Of a DNA stretch of 64,000 nucleotides, positions 39,604 through 49,270 are shown in pieces. The notes beneath the pieces are model-generated. The model was not told the origin of the DNA. It ran no database searches and saw only the letters and a list, made by a program, of their open reading frames with translations. The stretch lies in sequence record OR999189.1; one strand, written 5' to 3'. A program made the position numbers and the translations under genes. This DNA is from Enterobacteria phage P922. Every line of letters begins with the position of its first letter. The first letter of the stretch is position 1.

Positions 39604-40197
39604 ATGAACACACTGAAGAAAATTGTTGAGTTTATTCGCACTAAACTTGGTTCTGCTATGGCTAAAAATCTATCTGTTGAAGAACAGTATACTGCTGCAG
39701 CAGCAAAATTACTTGATAAAATTAAAGACCTAAAAACTGCTTCTGTTAAATCTATTAATGAAGAAAAACGTATTCGTGAACTTGTTATCGAAAAGAATCG
39801 ACAAGCCGAATCAAAAGAGCGTGAAATTCGCAAACTTCTTTCCGAAGGTCAAGATGTAACAATGCATGCTAAGCTCGGTTTACTATATCGTCGAACAGCT
39901 GAGCAGTTGACTACTAAAGCTGATGGTTATGCTGAAATGCGAATTGAAATCGCCAAGAAAGTAGTTGAGTTAGATGATGCTCGCCAAGAACTTGCGGTTA
40001 AATTGGAATATATCCGTGAAACTCGTGCGGCAAATGCCCTTGGAATTAGTACTGCCGATGATGTAGTTGAAATTGCAGCGCTAACTAAGGTTGATATTGA
40101 AGATACTCTTGCTCGAGTTGAAACCTTTAACGGTAATATTTCCGGGGTTGAAACTACCTCTGCCGATGTTCAGGAATACATTAATTCTCTGAAATAA
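39604..40197 (+). CDS. coiled-coil protein, weak PspA/IM30-like resemblance
   Basis: 197 aa, predicted mostly alpha-helical with heptad-like charged repeats; followed by hairpin AAGGGGC-ttcg-GCCCCTT. Confidence 0.55.
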   Translation: MNTLKKIVEFIRTKLGSAMAKNLSVEEQYTAAAAKLLDKIKDLKTASVKSINEEKRIRELVIEKNRQAESKEREIRKLLSEGQDVTMHAKLGLLYRRTAEQLTTKADGYAEMRIEIAKKVVELDDARQELAVKLEYIRETRAANALGISTADDVVEIAALTKVDIEDTLARVETFNGNISGVETTSADVQEYINSLK

Positions 40198-40238
40198 TGA
40201 TAAGGGGCTTCGGCCCCTTATACTTGGAGTAAATAGGA

Positions 40239-40853
40239 ATGAAAATGAAAATGCAAAGTGATTTCAATTCAATGTTTGAAGAGTTCCAAAGACAGGTTGA
40301 TGTTCCAGACCAATTACTAAATGCTCTTAAACGTATGGCAGAAGGACGTAATTACTATTGGGGGTCTTCATATGAAACTGATGAAAGTCTTTCTGGAAGA
40401 TTTTCTAGAGGTAAAAAGTCTTTAATACGTCCTGGAATACTCATTAACAGTATTGAATCAATTCATTCATTGACGTGTGATTTTGATGTTGAATTTACTG
40501 ATTTCATTTCTCCTGAATGGACAGTTTGTTATTTAAATGACGATTATGATTATCTTGGCGTTTATAGTTTAAGTGACGCGTGGTTTAGACGTAATTTACA
40601 AAAGTCAAATTTATTTTATATTGATACTACGGTAAAATTTCAGGGAAAGAAATATTTCTTTACTCTTATAGTTGACTCTGAAACAAAATATGAAAATAAG
40701 CGTATTCTTAATAAAAGGAATATCTTGACTATTATTGATGATCTTTTTGATAAATTCGTGGAAAATCCTAATTTTGAAAGCGATTTATTACTAGAAAAAT
40801 TTGTTAAGGAATGTAGAGAATATGTCAAAGCCATCACTATACCTTCCAAGTAA
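40239..40853 (+). CDS. hypothetical protein
   Basis: 204-aa ORF with GGAG RBS. Confidence 0.55.
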   Translation: MKMKMQSDFNSMFEEFQRQVDVPDQLLNALKRMAEGRNYYWGSSYETDESLSGRFSRGKKSLIRPGILINSIESIHSLTCDFDVEFTDFISPEWTVCYLNDDYDYLGVYSLSDAWFRRNLQKSNLFYIDTTVKFQGKKYFFTLIVDSETKYENKRILNKRNILTIIDDLFDKFVENPNFESDLLLEKFVKECREYVKAITIPSK

Positions 40854-41214
40854 ACCTGTGAAGTATGAACTAAAGCGCCAGATAATTTCTACCGATGTAT
40901 TAATGGGTCCTGTGGTAGCTGTATCATTTGTGATTCTGCTAATTGCTGGAATGGTTATAGACGTTATGACTGATATTGAATCCGGTGTAATATTTGGAGC
41001 AACGCTAATTCTTCCATTAATAATTCCGCTTTTATTAGTACCTGTAAATTGGGTAGGATACTGGTATCAAGGAAGACATTATCGTAAACGCGTACGTGAA
41101 TGGAAAGCTCAGTGTAAAAAGATTAAAAAGGAACACCAGCTTAAACTAGATATGTATGAATTTAACGAAATTATGAAATTTGTTAAGGAATCACGATGCA
41201 AAAGCCAAAACTAA
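40822..41214 (+). CDS. small membrane protein, paralog 1 of 3 (C-terminal CRK motif family)
   Basis: First ATG in the track ORF; two hydrophobic helices; C-terminus FVKESRCKSQN. Confidence 0.5.
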   Translation: MSKPSLYLPSKPVKYELKRQIISTDVLMGPVVAVSFVILLIAGMVIDVMTDIESGVIFGATLILPLIIPLLLVPVNWVGYWYQGRHYRKRVREWKAQCKKIKKEHQLKLDMYEFNEIMKFVKESRCKSQN

Positions 41215-41558
41215 ATAAAGTCAAATATTCGTTTCTCGAGGCAATGTTAATTCTTGCTGTATCAGTATTTGCAGCTCTTGCGGGTAGTCTTATTGGATTA
41301 ATGATTGACTGTTTTATTTTAAACGTCGATGGTTCAGCAATTATAACAGAGGTTTGGAGTGAACTTCGTTTTACTATAGCAATTTCATTATTTTCATTCT
41401 TTGGCACTATATTATATTTTCATTATGATAATTTTAAAATAAATTGGCAAAGAAAAAAGGATTACAAAATACAATTAAAAGAATATAATAACTACATGTC
41501 TTATATTGAAAATGAATCAATGAAAGAGTTTGTGAGTGATTGTAGGAAAATTAAATGA
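41196..41558 (+). CDS. small membrane protein, paralog 2 of 3
   Basis: 120 aa; two hydrophobic helices; C-terminus FVSDCRKIK; overlaps neighbours. Confidence 0.55.
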   Translation: MQKPKLNKVKYSFLEAMLILAVSVFAALAGSLIGLMIDCFILNVDGSAIITEVWSELRFTIAISLFSFFGTILYFHYDNFKINWQRKKDYKIQLKEYNNYMSYIENESMKEFVSDCRKIK

Positions 41559-42043
41559 TTTTAAAAACTCGCTGGTATGATTTAGATGATGGGGACGATG
41601 GCATTTCAGTTGATGGAGTTGACTGGAGTGGCTGTTCCGAAGATATGAAAAATTTGCTGATTAGGGAGTTTAGAATGGGATATCAACCAGTTAAGCCATC
41701 TACTGCAACAAATGATAAATTCGTGTGTATTCATAATGGTCGCGCTAAATTAACGAACGCTGATTGGTTCACAGATAAAATTATGATTCTGTGGTACATT
41801 ATTAGTTTTCCTGTGACATCATTTGTATTTTGCTTCTTTGGAGAAAGTCCAGTAGGCAGAACGGGAGATTGGATTATTTTAACCATACTTGTTAATATTT
41901 TTACAGCAGCAATATTATCTGGGATATGGTACACGTTCATTGAAATGCCATGGCGGCTACGCAGACAACAAAAGATTTTTGATGAAAAGAAATATACTCA
42001 AAATTTAAATAACTTTATCACTGAATGCAGGAAATTAAAATGA
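41555..42043 (+). CDS. small membrane protein, paralog 3 of 3
   Basis: 162 aa; two hydrophobic helices; C-terminus FITECRKLK; ATGA overlap with upstream gene. Confidence 0.55.
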   Translation: MILKTRWYDLDDGDDGISVDGVDWSGCSEDMKNLLIREFRMGYQPVKPSTATNDKFVCIHNGRAKLTNADWFTDKIMILWYIISFPVTSFVFCFFGESPVGRTGDWIILTILVNIFTAAILSGIWYTFIEMPWRLRRQQKIFDEKKYTQNLNNFITECRKLK

Positions 42044-42480
42044 AAACATTATCAGCTGGTATTATCTTTATGACAGAAGATAAAGATTTATTTATGGGTC
42101 GGGTTACTGGTTCTCGTAAGCCTGGAATGATGGCACATCGCTGGGATATTCCAAAGGGCCGTGTAGAAAATTCTGATTTAAGCGCATTAGATGCAGCACG
42201 AAGAGAATGTTTAGAAGAGACTGGTTTTAACAATTATAATCCAGATCTTCTAGAAGACCTAGGTGTATTTAAATATTCTAGTAATAAAGACCTACAGTTA
42301 TTTTATTATACGATTCCAGTAGAGCATGAGATGTTTAGAAATTGCTATTGCGAGTCTTATTTTGAAAATAAAGATGGCGTTATGATTCCAGAGATGGATG
42401 CTTTTGCTCTTATTCCTCGTACCCAGTGGCAATATGTGATGGGCCCTTCACTTTACCGAATAATGAACAGCCTCTTTTAA
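42025..42480 (+). CDS. nudE: Nudix hydrolase NudE (e.1)
   Basis: 151 aa; Nudix box RECLEETGF; directly upstream of lysozyme e as in T4. Alternative ATG at 42040. Confidence 0.75.
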   Translation: MQEIKMKTLSAGIIFMTEDKDLFMGRVTGSRKPGMMAHRWDIPKGRVENSDLSALDAARRECLEETGFNNYNPDLLEDLGVFKYSSNKDLQLFYYTIPVEHEMFRNCYCESYFENKDGVMIPEMDAFALIPRTQWQYVMGPSLYRIMNSLF

Positions 42481-43283
<803 letters not shown>

Positions 43284-43284
43284 T

Positions 43285-43314
43285 GTTTACTTCCTCCAAG
43301 GGTTTTGATACTAT
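43285..43314 (+). promoter_or_regulatory. early promoter for denV
   Basis: GTTTAC at 43285, TGATACTAT at about 43306..43314. Confidence 0.5.
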
Positions 43315-43341
43315 ACATTCATCAACTACTTGGAGGAAATT

Positions 43342-43755
43342 ATGACCCGTATCAATTTAACACTTGTTTCTGAATTGGCCGACCAACATCTTATGGCTGA
43401 GTATCGTGAATTACCACGCGTATTTGGTGCAGTCCGTAAACATGTTCAAAACGGTAAATGTGTAAAGGATTTTAAAATCTCTCCAACATTTATATTAGGC
43501 ACAGGTCACGTAACATTCTTTTACGACAAACTCGAATTTTTACGTTTACGTCAAATCGAGCTAATCGCTGAATGCTTGAAACGTGGTTTCAAAATCAAGG
43601 ACACGACTGTCCAGGATATTTCCGACATCCCTGCCGAATTTCGTAATAATTATGTCCCGGACGAAGCGTCCATTGCGATAAGTCAAGCACGCTTAGATGA
43701 AAAAATTGCTCAACGTCCTACTTGGTACAAATACTATGGTAAATCAATTTACTAA
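43342..43755 (+). CDS. denV: endonuclease V (pyrimidine dimer DNA glycosylase)
   Basis: First ATG gives [34 protein letters not shown], matching T4 endonuclease V from memory. Confidence 0.9.
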   Translation: MTRINLTLVSELADQHLMAEYRELPRVFGAVRKHVQNGKCVKDFKISPTFILGTGHVTFFYDKLEFLRLRQIELIAECLKRGFKIKDTTVQDISDIPAEFRNNYVPDEASIAISQARLDEKIAQRPTWYKYYGKSIY

Positions 43756-43767
43756 GGAAAAATTAAA

Positions 43768-44022
43768 ATGTATCAAGAATTTATCGCTGAAGCAGATGCC
43801 AAAGGCCCCAAATTTAAAGTTAAAGCTTTCATTGGTGATGCCGAAGATTTTGGCTCATTAAAACGTAATGGGTATTCTTTCTCAGGCGGCAATGGTAAAG
43901 AAATAAACACCTATGCAAAACGTAGTGAAATTGCTTATGTTGTAGTAAGCCCTAAAGTAGATGTTGACGATATTGGATACGATTTTAACAACTTCGGAAT
44001 TATTTCTGGCGGTAAAGCTTAA
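43768..44022 (+). CDS. internal-protein-like protein with variant leader (MYQEFIAEA, lacks KT)
   Basis: 84 aa; leader matches the capsid targeting consensus except for loss of two codons after Met. Confidence 0.5.
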   Translation: MYQEFIAEADAKGPKFKVKAFIGDAEDFGSLKRNGYSFSGGNGKEINTYAKRSEIAYVVVSPKVDVDDIGYDFNNFGIISGGKA

Positions 44023-44025
44023 ACA

Positions 44026-44055
44026 GTTTACGCTTAAGTATTAATATGGTATAAT
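44026..44055 (+). promoter_or_regulatory. early promoter for the IPIII-like gene
   Basis: GTTTAC at 44026, TGGTATAAT at about 44047..44055. Confidence 0.5.
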
Positions 44056-44083
44056 TACTCTATCAAAACAAACAAGGAAACAC

Positions 44084-44659
44084 ATGAAAACGTATAAAGA
44101 ATTTATCGCTGAAGCTTCTGTGGAAAAGGCCAAAGGCATTAATAAAGATGAGTGGACTTACCGAGGAAATGGTTTTGACCCTAAAACAGCCCCTATTGAA
44201 CGATACTTAGCTACAAAAGCTTCCGACTTTAAAGCTTTCGCTTGGGAAGGACTTCGCTGGTGTACTGATCTAAATATTGAAGTTGATGGGCTTAAATTTG
44301 GCCATATTCAAGATGTTGTTGCTAGTAACTTGGACGCAGCTTTTGTTAAAGCTGACGGTGACCTTCGTCGCTGGAATTTAAAATTATTCTCTAAACAGAA
44401 AGGCCCAGTGTTTGTGCCTAAAGCTGGTAAATGGGTTATTGATAATAAATTAGCTAAGGCTGTCAACTTCGCCGGTCTTGAATTTGCCAAGCACAAATCG
44501 GCATGGAAAGGTCTTGATGCAATGGCTTTCCGTAAAGAATTCGCCGAGGTTATGACTAAAGGCGGCTTTAAGGCAGAACTAGATACCTCTAAAGGTACGT
44601 TTAAAGACGCTAATGTTCAGTATGCTTACGCCGTTGCTAATGCAGCCCGTGGTAATTAA
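44084..44659 (+). CDS. internal head protein III-like
   Basis: 191 aa; leader MKTYKEFIAEA; size close to T4 IPIII (about 194 aa). Confidence 0.6.
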   Translation: MKTYKEFIAEASVEKAKGINKDEWTYRGNGFDPKTAPIERYLATKASDFKAFAWEGLRWCTDLNIEVDGLKFGHIQDVVASNLDAAFVKADGDLRRWNLKLFSKQKGPVFVPKAGKWVIDNKLAKAVNFAGLEFAKHKSAWKGLDAMAFRKEFAEVMTKGGFKAELDTSKGTFKDANVQYAYAVANAARGN

Positions 44660-44836
44660 TAAGGCCGATACTTAGGCCTATTTACATTCAAATAACATGG
44701 GAACAAGCTGGACCTCATGATTCTATGAGAGATTCCCGCCAACCTGTAATAAGGTCGAGCCCAAGTGCGGTAATGGGTAAATACAGAAATGGACAATTCA
44801 TGCGCCATGGAATGGCCCAAATTTAGAGAGAATAAA

Positions 44837-45379
44837 ATGAGAACATTTTTAACTGGTCCTTATCTATCCCTGATGAATGCTTTTACACACCATTCTGATG
44901 CTAGAGTAGAAGAAATTTGTAATAGTGGATTTTATGTACCTGATTCGTCGCATTTATTTAAAGAATATTGTACACTTCGTTTAGATGGTGGCAGACAATC
45001 TGGTAAATCAACTGCAGTAACTAATTTTGCCGCTAATTGGTTGTATGACGGTGGAACAGTTATTGTTCTTTCTAATACTTCAGCTTACGCTAAAATTTCT
45101 GCGGGCCACATTAAAAAAGAATTTTCGCGTTATTCTAGCGATGATATTCGATTCCGCTTATTTACTGATTCTGTGCGCAGTTTTATTGGGAATAAAGGAA
45201 GCAAGTTCAGAGGTTTATCGCTTTCGCGGATTTTGTATATAATCGATGAGCCTGTTAAATCTCCTGATATGGATAAAATTTACGATATTCATATTGAAAC
45301 TGTGCACCACTGTTGCAATAGTAAATGCTGCATTGGCGGTATTACTCGTCCGCAGTTTTTCGTAATTGGGATGCAATGA
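44837..45379 (+). CDS. P-loop NTPase-like hypothetical protein
   Basis: First ATG with GAGAG RBS; Walker A GGRQSGKST and Walker-B-like LYIIDEP. Confidence 0.5.
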   Translation: MRTFLTGPYLSLMNAFTHHSDARVEEICNSGFYVPDSSHLFKEYCTLRLDGGRQSGKSTAVTNFAANWLYDGGTVIVLSNTSAYAKISAGHIKKEFSRYSSDDIRFRLFTDSVRSFIGNKGSKFRGLSLSRILYIIDEPVKSPDMDKIYDIHIETVHHCCNSKCCIGGITRPQFFVIGMQ

Positions 45380-45705
45380 TGACAGATACGCAACTTTTCG
45401 AATATCTTTATTTTTCGCCAAAAACTATTAAAAATAAATTGGTGAATCATTTTGAAATTTTGGCAAATAACAACGTCTTGAGCGAATTTTATCCCAAGCA
45501 ATACAAATTACAAAAAGGTGTATTCAAAGGATGCAGAGTTTTGTGCACTGCTCCTAATGCAAGATTAATGAATAAAATTCCATATTTTACCATGGAATTT
45601 ATTGATGGACCTTTTAAAGGACTAATCACCCAAAGTTTAATGGCATATGATTCTGAGCCATTTTTAATTAAAGAACAATCTTGGATAAATTTATTTTCTA
45701 ATTGA
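45376..45705 (+). CDS. hypothetical protein
   Basis: 109 aa from ATGATG overlapping the upstream stop. Confidence 0.45.
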   Translation: MMTDTQLFEYLYFSPKTIKNKLVNHFEILANNNVLSEFYPKQYKLQKGVFKGCRVLCTAPNARLMNKIPYFTMEFIDGPFKGLITQSLMAYDSEPFLIKEQSWINLFSN

Positions 45706-45713
45706 GAGGTTAT

Positions 45714-46076
45714 ATGAAAGCATACCAAATTCTTGAAGGCACACATAAAGGTACTATTTATTTTGAAGATGGTATTCAAGCACGAATTATTGTTTCTAAA
45801 ACCTTTAAAGAGGATTCTTTTGTAGACCCAGAAATTTTCTATGGTTTGCATGCCCGTGAAATTGAAATTGAAACACAACCTACAGTTAAAATCGAGGGTG
45901 GTCAACACCTGAACGTTAACGTTCTGCGTCGTGAAACTCTGGAAGATGCAGTTAAGCATCCGGAAAAATATCCGCAGCTGACCATCCGTGTATCCGGTTA
46001 TGCAGTTCGCTTTAACTCTCTGACTCCGGAACAGCAGCGCGACGTTATCGCTCGTACCTTTACTGAGAGTTTGTAA
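45714..46076 (+). CDS. autonomous glycyl radical cofactor (GrcA/YfiD-like, T4 Y06I-like)
   Basis: C-terminal about 60 aa ([60 protein letters not shown]) matches E. coli GrcA from memory, including the RVSGY glycyl radical motif. Confidence 0.8.
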   Translation: MKAYQILEGTHKGTIYFEDGIQARIIVSKTFKEDSFVDPEIFYGLHAREIEIETQPTVKIEGGQHLNVNVLRRETLEDAVKHPEKYPQLTIRVSGYAVRFNSLTPEQQRDVIARTFTESL

Positions 46077-46297
46077 TGGCAAAGATAATTATTGAAGGTT
46101 CTAAAGATGTGCTAAATGCTTTCGCCGAGTGGTTTAGTAATTCAGGCGAACAGCAATTTAATGAAGCATGGAACATGGGTGATATTAGTGGAATTTATCC
46201 TACGACAGAAATTTCTGTTCAGGGATATGGCATTCATGAACCTATTCGTTTAGTTGAATATGATTTGGGTACTGGTGAGGAAGTAAAATATGATTGA
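46076..46297 (+). CDS. hypothetical protein
   Basis: 73-aa ORF with ATG start, translationally coupled to neighbours. Confidence 0.45.
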   Translation: MAKIIIEGSKDVLNAFAEWFSNSGEQQFNEAWNMGDISGIYPTTEISVQGYGIHEPIRLVEYDLGTGEEVKYD

Positions 46298-46556
46298 AGA
46301 TATTAAGGGTTATAAGCCACATACTGAAGAGAAAATCGGTAAAGTGAATGCTATCAAAGATGCTGAAGTTCGTTTAGGACTTATCTTTGACGCTTTATAC
46401 GATGAATTCTGGGAAGCACTAGATAATTGCGAAGACTACGAATTCGCAAAGAATTATGCTGAAAGCCTCGATCAGCTAACTATTGCTAAAACGAAACTCA
46501 AAGAAGCCAGTATGTGGGCTTGTCGTGCTGTGTTCCAACCAGAGGAAAAATATTAA
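46290..46556 (+). CDS. hypothetical protein
   Basis: 88-aa ORF overlapping the upstream stop. Confidence 0.45.
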   Translation: MIEDIKGYKPHTEEKIGKVNAIKDAEVRLGLIFDALYDEFWEALDNCEDYEFAKNYAESLDQLTIAKTKLKEASMWACRAVFQPEEKY

Positions 46557-46834
46557 TGGCTCAATTAAGCGCAGGGTTTGGTTATGAGTATTATACTGCC
46601 CCTCGTCGTGTATCTGTTGCTCCTAAGAAAATTCAAAGTCTTGATGACTTCCAGGAAGTAGTCCGCAAAGCTTTCCAGGACTATGCACGTTATCTTAAAG
46701 AAGATTCACAGGACTGTCTCGAAGAAGATGAAATTGCTTACTATGAGCAGCGTCTTGAACAGCTTAAAAACCTACATGAGGTTCGTGCAGAAGTTACAAA
46801 GTCTATGAATAAATTGATTAGATTTAAAGAATAA
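46556..46834 (+). CDS. hypothetical protein
   Basis: First ATG ([13 protein letters not shown]) overlapping the upstream stop (TAATG); 92 aa. Confidence 0.45.
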   Translation: MAQLSAGFGYEYYTAPRRVSVAPKKIQSLDDFQEVVRKAFQDYARYLKEDSQDCLEEDEIAYYEQRLEQLKNLHEVRAEVTKSMNKLIRFKE

Positions 46835-46836
46835 TT

Positions 46837-46866
46837 GTTTACTTTTCCTCTTGACTGTGGTATAAT
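46837..46866 (+). promoter_or_regulatory. early promoter for regB
   Basis: GTTTAC at 46837, TGGTATAAT ending at 46866. Confidence 0.5.
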
Positions 46867-46893
46867 TTTTCTATCAGTTAAGAGGAGAATAAC

Positions 46894-47355
46894 ATGACTA
46901 TCAACACAGAAGTTTTTATCCGTCGAAATAAGCTCCGTCGTCACTTTGAGTCGGAGTTTCGTCAAATTAACAATGAGATTCGTGAGGCATCAAAAGCAGC
47001 AGGGGTCTCATCGTTTCATCTAAAATATTCTCAGCATCTTCTTGATCGTGCAATTCAACGGGAGATTGATGAGACATATGTTTTTGAATTATTCCACAAA
47101 ATAAAAGACCATGTTTTAGAAGTTAATGAATTCCTGAGTATGCCTCCGCGTCCTGACATTGACGAGGATTTTATTGATGGGGTTGAATATCGTCCTGGGC
47201 GTTTAGAAATCACAGATGGAAATCTTTGGCTTGGATTTACAGTTTGTAAACCTAATGCGAAGTTCAAAGACCCGTCGCTTCAGTGCAGGATGGCAATTAT
47301 TAACAGTCGTCGTTTACCAGGAAAGGCTTCTAAAGCAGTAATTAAAACTCAATGA
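46894..47355 (+). CDS. regB: site-specific endoribonuclease RegB
   Basis: 153 aa; N-terminus MTINTEVFIRRNKLRRHFESEF consistent with T4 RegB from memory; early promoter upstream. Confidence 0.7.
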   Translation: MTINTEVFIRRNKLRRHFESEFRQINNEIREASKAAGVSSFHLKYSQHLLDRAIQREIDETYVFELFHKIKDHVLEVNEFLSMPPRPDIDEDFIDGVEYRPGRLEITDGNLWLGFTVCKPNAKFKDPSLQCRMAIINSRRLPGKASKAVIKTQ

Positions 47356-47362
47356 GGTAAGC

Positions 47363-47908
47363 ATGAGAAAAGCACTACTCGCTGGTCTATTGGCCATTTC
47401 AATGATGGCACATAGCTCCGAGCATACTTTCAGTAATGTCCAACTCGATAACATGCGTTACGCATATCAATTCGGGGAACAATTTTCTAAGGATGGAAAA
47501 TATAAAACACACAAAAATATCCACAAGAGTGGATTAGGTCATATAATGGCTGCTATTTTATGGCAAGAAAGCTCTGCCGGAGTTAATTTAAAATCTAAAC
47601 CAAAGCATCATGCCTATGGAATGTTCCAAAATTATTTGCCGACCATGCGAGCAAGAGTTAAGGAACTTGGTTATAATATGACCGATGCTGAAATAAAAAG
47701 AATGTTGAATAAACGGTCCAATTCAGCTTCCTGGGCGTACATTGAACTTTCTTATTGGTTAAATATACATAAGGGCGATATAAGAAAGGCAATATCCTCT
47801 TATAATTCGGGATGGAATGTTAAAGCAGGTTCTAAATATGCTTCTGAAGTCCTAGAAAAGGCTAACTACCTTAAAAATAATAAACTGTTGGAAATAGTAA
47901 ATGACTAA
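47363..47908 (+). CDS. secreted lytic-transglycosylase-like protein
   Basis: 181 aa; signal-peptide-like N-terminus (MRKALLAGLLAISMMAHS); SLT-like motifs WQESSAG, YGMFQ, SYNSGWN. Confidence 0.55.
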   Translation: MRKALLAGLLAISMMAHSSEHTFSNVQLDNMRYAYQFGEQFSKDGKYKTHKNIHKSGLGHIMAAILWQESSAGVNLKSKPKHHAYGMFQNYLPTMRARVKELGYNMTDAEIKRMLNKRSNSASWAYIELSYWLNIHKGDIRKAISSYNSGWNVKAGSKYASEVLEKANYLKNNKLLEIVND

Positions 47909-48242
47909 AATTTTGGTTTTATGTGTAGGATTAATTTCATTTTCTGCGTTAGCAAATACATCATACACTGAAATTAGAGAGTATGTAAACCGTACTGCCG
48001 CGGATTATTGTGGGAAAAATAAAGCATGCCAAGCTGAATTTGCGCAGAAATTAATATATGCATATAAAGACGGAGAAAGAGATAAATCAAGCAGATATAA
48101 AAATGATACTTTATTAAAACGATATGCTAAAAAGTGGAATACCTTAGAATGTTCAGTTGCGGAGGAGAAAGATAAAGCCGCTTGTCATTCAATGGTTGAC
48201 CGTTTGGTAGATTCTTATAATCGAGGATTGAGTACTAGATGA
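47901..48242 (+). CDS. small secreted/membrane-anchored hypothetical protein (vs-region)
   Basis: 113 aa with hydrophobic N-terminus (MTKILVLCVGLISFSALA) and several Cys. Confidence 0.5.
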   Translation: MTKILVLCVGLISFSALANTSYTEIREYVNRTAADYCGKNKACQAEFAQKLIYAYKDGERDKSSRYKNDTLLKRYAKKWNTLECSVAEEKDKAACHSMVDRLVDSYNRGLSTR

Positions 48243-48718
48243 TTGTAAAATATATCAAGGGCGATATTGTCGCCCTATTTCTTCAAGGTAATATTATTGC
48301 GCACGGATGCAACTGCTTCCACACAATGGGCTCTGGTGTAGCGGGTCAATTAGCAAGAGCCTATCCCAAAATTTTAGAAATAGATAAAACCACTACCGAA
48401 TACGGTTCTCGTGATAAATTAGGCGATATGTCTATTGTTTTTAAGCATAGTCCTACGGGATTTGGTATATGCTATAACCTGTATACGCAATACGAACCGG
48501 GTCCTAATCTTGATTATGGTGCTTTAGTAAATTGCATGATAGAATTAAATCTACAGGCAGAAACCCTTTTGTTTAAACCAGTAATTTACATTCCACGCAT
48601 AGGTTGTGGTATTGCTGGCGGTGATTGGGATAAGGTTTCTAAATTAATCGACATGTTTACTCCTGATATTGATTTAATAGTGGTGGATTATGAAAGCACA
48701 TTACCCACATCCGTTTGA
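48239..48718 (+). CDS. macro-domain-like protein (putative ADP-ribose binding/hydrolase)
   Basis: 159 aa; motifs KGDIVALF...NIIAHGCNC, MGSGVAGQLARAYP and IPRIGCGIAGGDW resemble macro domain signatures. Confidence 0.55.
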   Translation: MIVKYIKGDIVALFLQGNIIAHGCNCFHTMGSGVAGQLARAYPKILEIDKTTTEYGSRDKLGDMSIVFKHSPTGFGICYNLYTQYEPGPNLDYGALVNCMIELNLQAETLLFKPVIYIPRIGCGIAGGDWDKVSKLIDMFTPDIDLIVVDYESTLPTSV

Positions 48719-48902
48719 CCCTAAAAATAAAGTGGAAATTATTCGTCAATGGGAACGCATTTGCCGTACTAAATGCCCAATTAATAGTCTACATGATGTA
48801 GATAAAGACTACATCGGAACATTCGTTGAATATACCTTTATTGATAAGAAAGGTCGTAAACAACATGTAGAAGAATATTGCTTAAAGGTTACATGGTTAT
48901 GA
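48690..48902 (+). CDS. hypothetical protein
   Basis: 70-aa ORF with ATG start overlapping the upstream gene. Confidence 0.4.
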   Translation: MKAHYPHPFDPKNKVEIIRQWERICRTKCPINSLHDVDKDYIGTFVEYTFIDKKGRKQHVEEYCLKVTWL

Positions 48903-49084
48903 GTTTAAGTAAAGAACAAAAAGACAGACTGTTTTCTCTTATTCACGAAGTTATGGATAAAAATAGTGAATTGGAAAAAGTTTGCGATGAATGCGGTCCT
49001 TTTAATACCGACGAATACGAAGAACTGTGTAAAGATTTCGACGATAAAGAACAAGAACTTATTGATTATATAAATTCCTTATGA
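48893..49084 (+). CDS. hypothetical protein
   Basis: Track ORF starts at a TTG; first ATG gives about 63 aa; acidic, Cys-containing. Confidence 0.4.
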   Translation: MVMSLSKEQKDRLFSLIHEVMDKNSELEKVCDECGPFNTDEYEELCKDFDDKEQELIDYINSL

Positions 49085-49269
49085 TTACTCGCGAACAAAA
49101 GAATGAAATACGATTTTTAATCAGCGAAATTACTAGTTTAGAACGAGATTTATCTTTTGAATTGGCTTCGGATTATGGAGATGCTGAAACATACTACGAA
49201 TTAGTAAAATCTATCGATAAAGCTGAAAATGATTTAGAAACATATTTAGAAAATTTAACTAAGGACTAA
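49081..49269 (+). CDS. hypothetical protein
   Basis: 62-aa acidic ORF; ATGA overlap with upstream gene. Confidence 0.45.
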   Translation: MITREQKNEIRFLISEITSLERDLSFELASDYGDAETYYELVKSIDKAENDLETYLENLTKD

Positions 49270-49270
49270 G

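Noticed and set aside
45489-46082. 197-aa minus-strand ORF
   Set aside because: It is antisense to three well-supported plus-strand genes including the GrcA-like gene; the whole region is transcribed rightward from early promoters.
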